This document shows, piece after piece, positions 62,246-64,000 of a stretch of DNA of 64,000 nucleotides; positions within the stretch are counted from its first letter, which is position 1; each line of letters starts with the position of its first letter. The translations under genes and the position numbers were made by a program. The stretch is taken from the NCBI RefSeq assembly GCF_006345805.1, contig NC_043005.1, forward strand, positions 100,998,001 to 101,062,000, given 5' to 3'. The notes beneath the pieces were generated by a model. It was not told the DNA's origin. It ran no database searches and saw only the letters and a list, made by a program, of their open reading frames with translations. Source of the DNA: Octopus sinensis (taxonomy: Eukaryota).

Positions 62246-63189
62246 TACGCACTATATATATATATATATATATATTGCTTACACATGGTGGGGGCCTATG
62301 TATAATACTTACAAAATAAAGATTATTTATTGAAAACTTACAAAATACATTTTGGACTATTAAATGACTATTTATCCTGAAAATCTTAGAAACTTATTTA
62401 AACCTAATAGCTTCTATACATATGCTACCATGATAGCAACAGAATATGTTTTTCTCTTGGGTTTCAATATAAAATTATATTCAAAACTTACATTTTCCAG
62501 AAGTTTATTTATAATGAAAAAATCAATGTGAAATAGAAATTTTATATAGTGAACCAACAAGCTTCTAGAAATTTTCTGAGAAATAATTCAATATATTTTC
62601 CTATTCAAAGTAATTTGTAGCAATTTGAAGACCTAGAAATCAATAGACATACTGAAAAGACATTCAAACTTGCCTGTACAATCAAATATATATCATATGT
62701 TAGCGATAACGATGATTATGATGATTGATGAAACAAACTAATTAACTTAGAATAAGGGACATTACAGATTAATCATTTCAACAATCTCTCACTTATGTAA
62801 TGGACATGATAATGACAATGTCCTCTCATCTATTTCTCAAACGCTATGGCTCCGTGTTTATAATAAACTATGGTTTTGCTTACAGACAGAATAATAATGA
62901 TATGTTCCAGTTAGTCACATGGTAGTCACATCAAAGAAAGCACATTCTGTTGACATCAAGCAATGTAAACAAGAACACATCACATGACCACTTCATGGAA
63001 TGAATCAGATTCTAAATTACATGAAAGTGGTATGAAGAAACATGGAAATATGCAGGGTTCTGAGAATCGTGACAATATGAGCAAATGGTCGGAGAATGCT
63101 GAGATGGGAAATATTTTACAACAAACAGAAAATTAACCTGAGTGATCACTCTTAAAAGCAAATATAATTCTGCTATTGGAGATGTACAC

Positions 63190-63440
63190 ATGCATTATGT
63201 GTGTGTGTGTGTGTGTGTGTATACATACATACATACACACATGCATACATACAAAAATACCCTGTTGTTGATGTTGGAATTCCAATGAAGGGGCCTTAGA
63301 TTGAGGTTAGAAAGTGATTCTATTGGCGAGAAATCTTGAAATAAAAATGAATAATGACATACATGCATACATATGTAGGTACGTACTTACATACATATGT
63401 ACGTACGTACGTACATACGTACATACATACATACATATAT
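63190..63440. repeat. (TG)n/(TACA)n microsatellites
   Basis: Direct reading. Confidence 0.85.
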
Positions 63441-64000
63441 GTGACAACATTTCATGAACAAACTTTTGCAGCATAGAATGTGTTTGGTATTTTACAGAGA
63501 AGAAAGTAAATTTCAAATGCAGTATAGCTATGAAAATAGAAGAAAGATTGGATATTTTTGCCTTATAAAAGAAATACTGCTGGCCTTTGGGAATCTGCAT
63601 GGTGGCACCACAGCTGGAAACAGATAGCCAAGGCCGAAGGGAGACAATCGTTTACCTTTGTGGTGCTTTGGTGACCACAAGATGGCAGTGCAGCCAAAGA
63701 TCGATAAGGGAGATAATCACCTAGGGTTTTACCCTTAAAAGCAAGGCTTTTCCCCGTCCATAATTTAAAGAGGTCTCAGGCCAGCAGTATTTGGGGGTCT
63801 GGGGATATGGCATAAGGCTAAACCCCTTATGAACAAGAAACCCAGAGAACCTCATAAACAGGCCTACCTCACTATAATATTAACTGCTCAACATCTTAGA
63901 GTGTGCTTCGCTTCTGGATTCATGTATTTCGTATTTCTACAAATGATATATATACATATATATATATACACACACACTTCATATTTGTGAATCTCCCAAG

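Noticed and set aside
63585-63880. Higher-GC block, possible LINE 5' UTR
   Set aside because: No second copy, TSD or peptide in the window to support a call

Overview
Eukaryotic, AT-rich, repeat-saturated window. The SINE/LINE/microsatellite repertoire looks like a coleoid cephalopod, probably Octopus (inference from recalled repeat families, not verified). I recognise no host protein-coding gene, rRNA, genuine tRNA or CRISPR array; the window reads as intronic or intergenic. Nearly all listed ORFs come from microsatellites, SINEs or decayed transposons. Contents: several tRNA-headed SINE families (my labels A, B, C, E, F); RTE, R4/Dong, CR1-like and I-group LINE fragments; a decayed Ty3/Gypsy pol; mariner, hAT, piggyBac-like, Helitron and Helentron-type non-autonomous elements; and a Penelope-like element (PLE) with inverted ~490-bp arms. 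The most notable signal is a set of type-I hammerhead ribozyme folds (49629-49680 apparently intact; 6806-6885 and 33889-33949 partly decayed) in (TA)n-flanked, hairpin-rich segments that I infer are PLE pseudo-LTRs or retrozyme-like elements. Other oddities: a TSD-bounded bipartite RTE derivative, a microhomology-flanked local templated insertion, and 184-bp SINE multimers. Coordinates were read by eye; interspersed-repeat boundaries are approximate (about +/-10-20 bp) unless a TSD is quoted.
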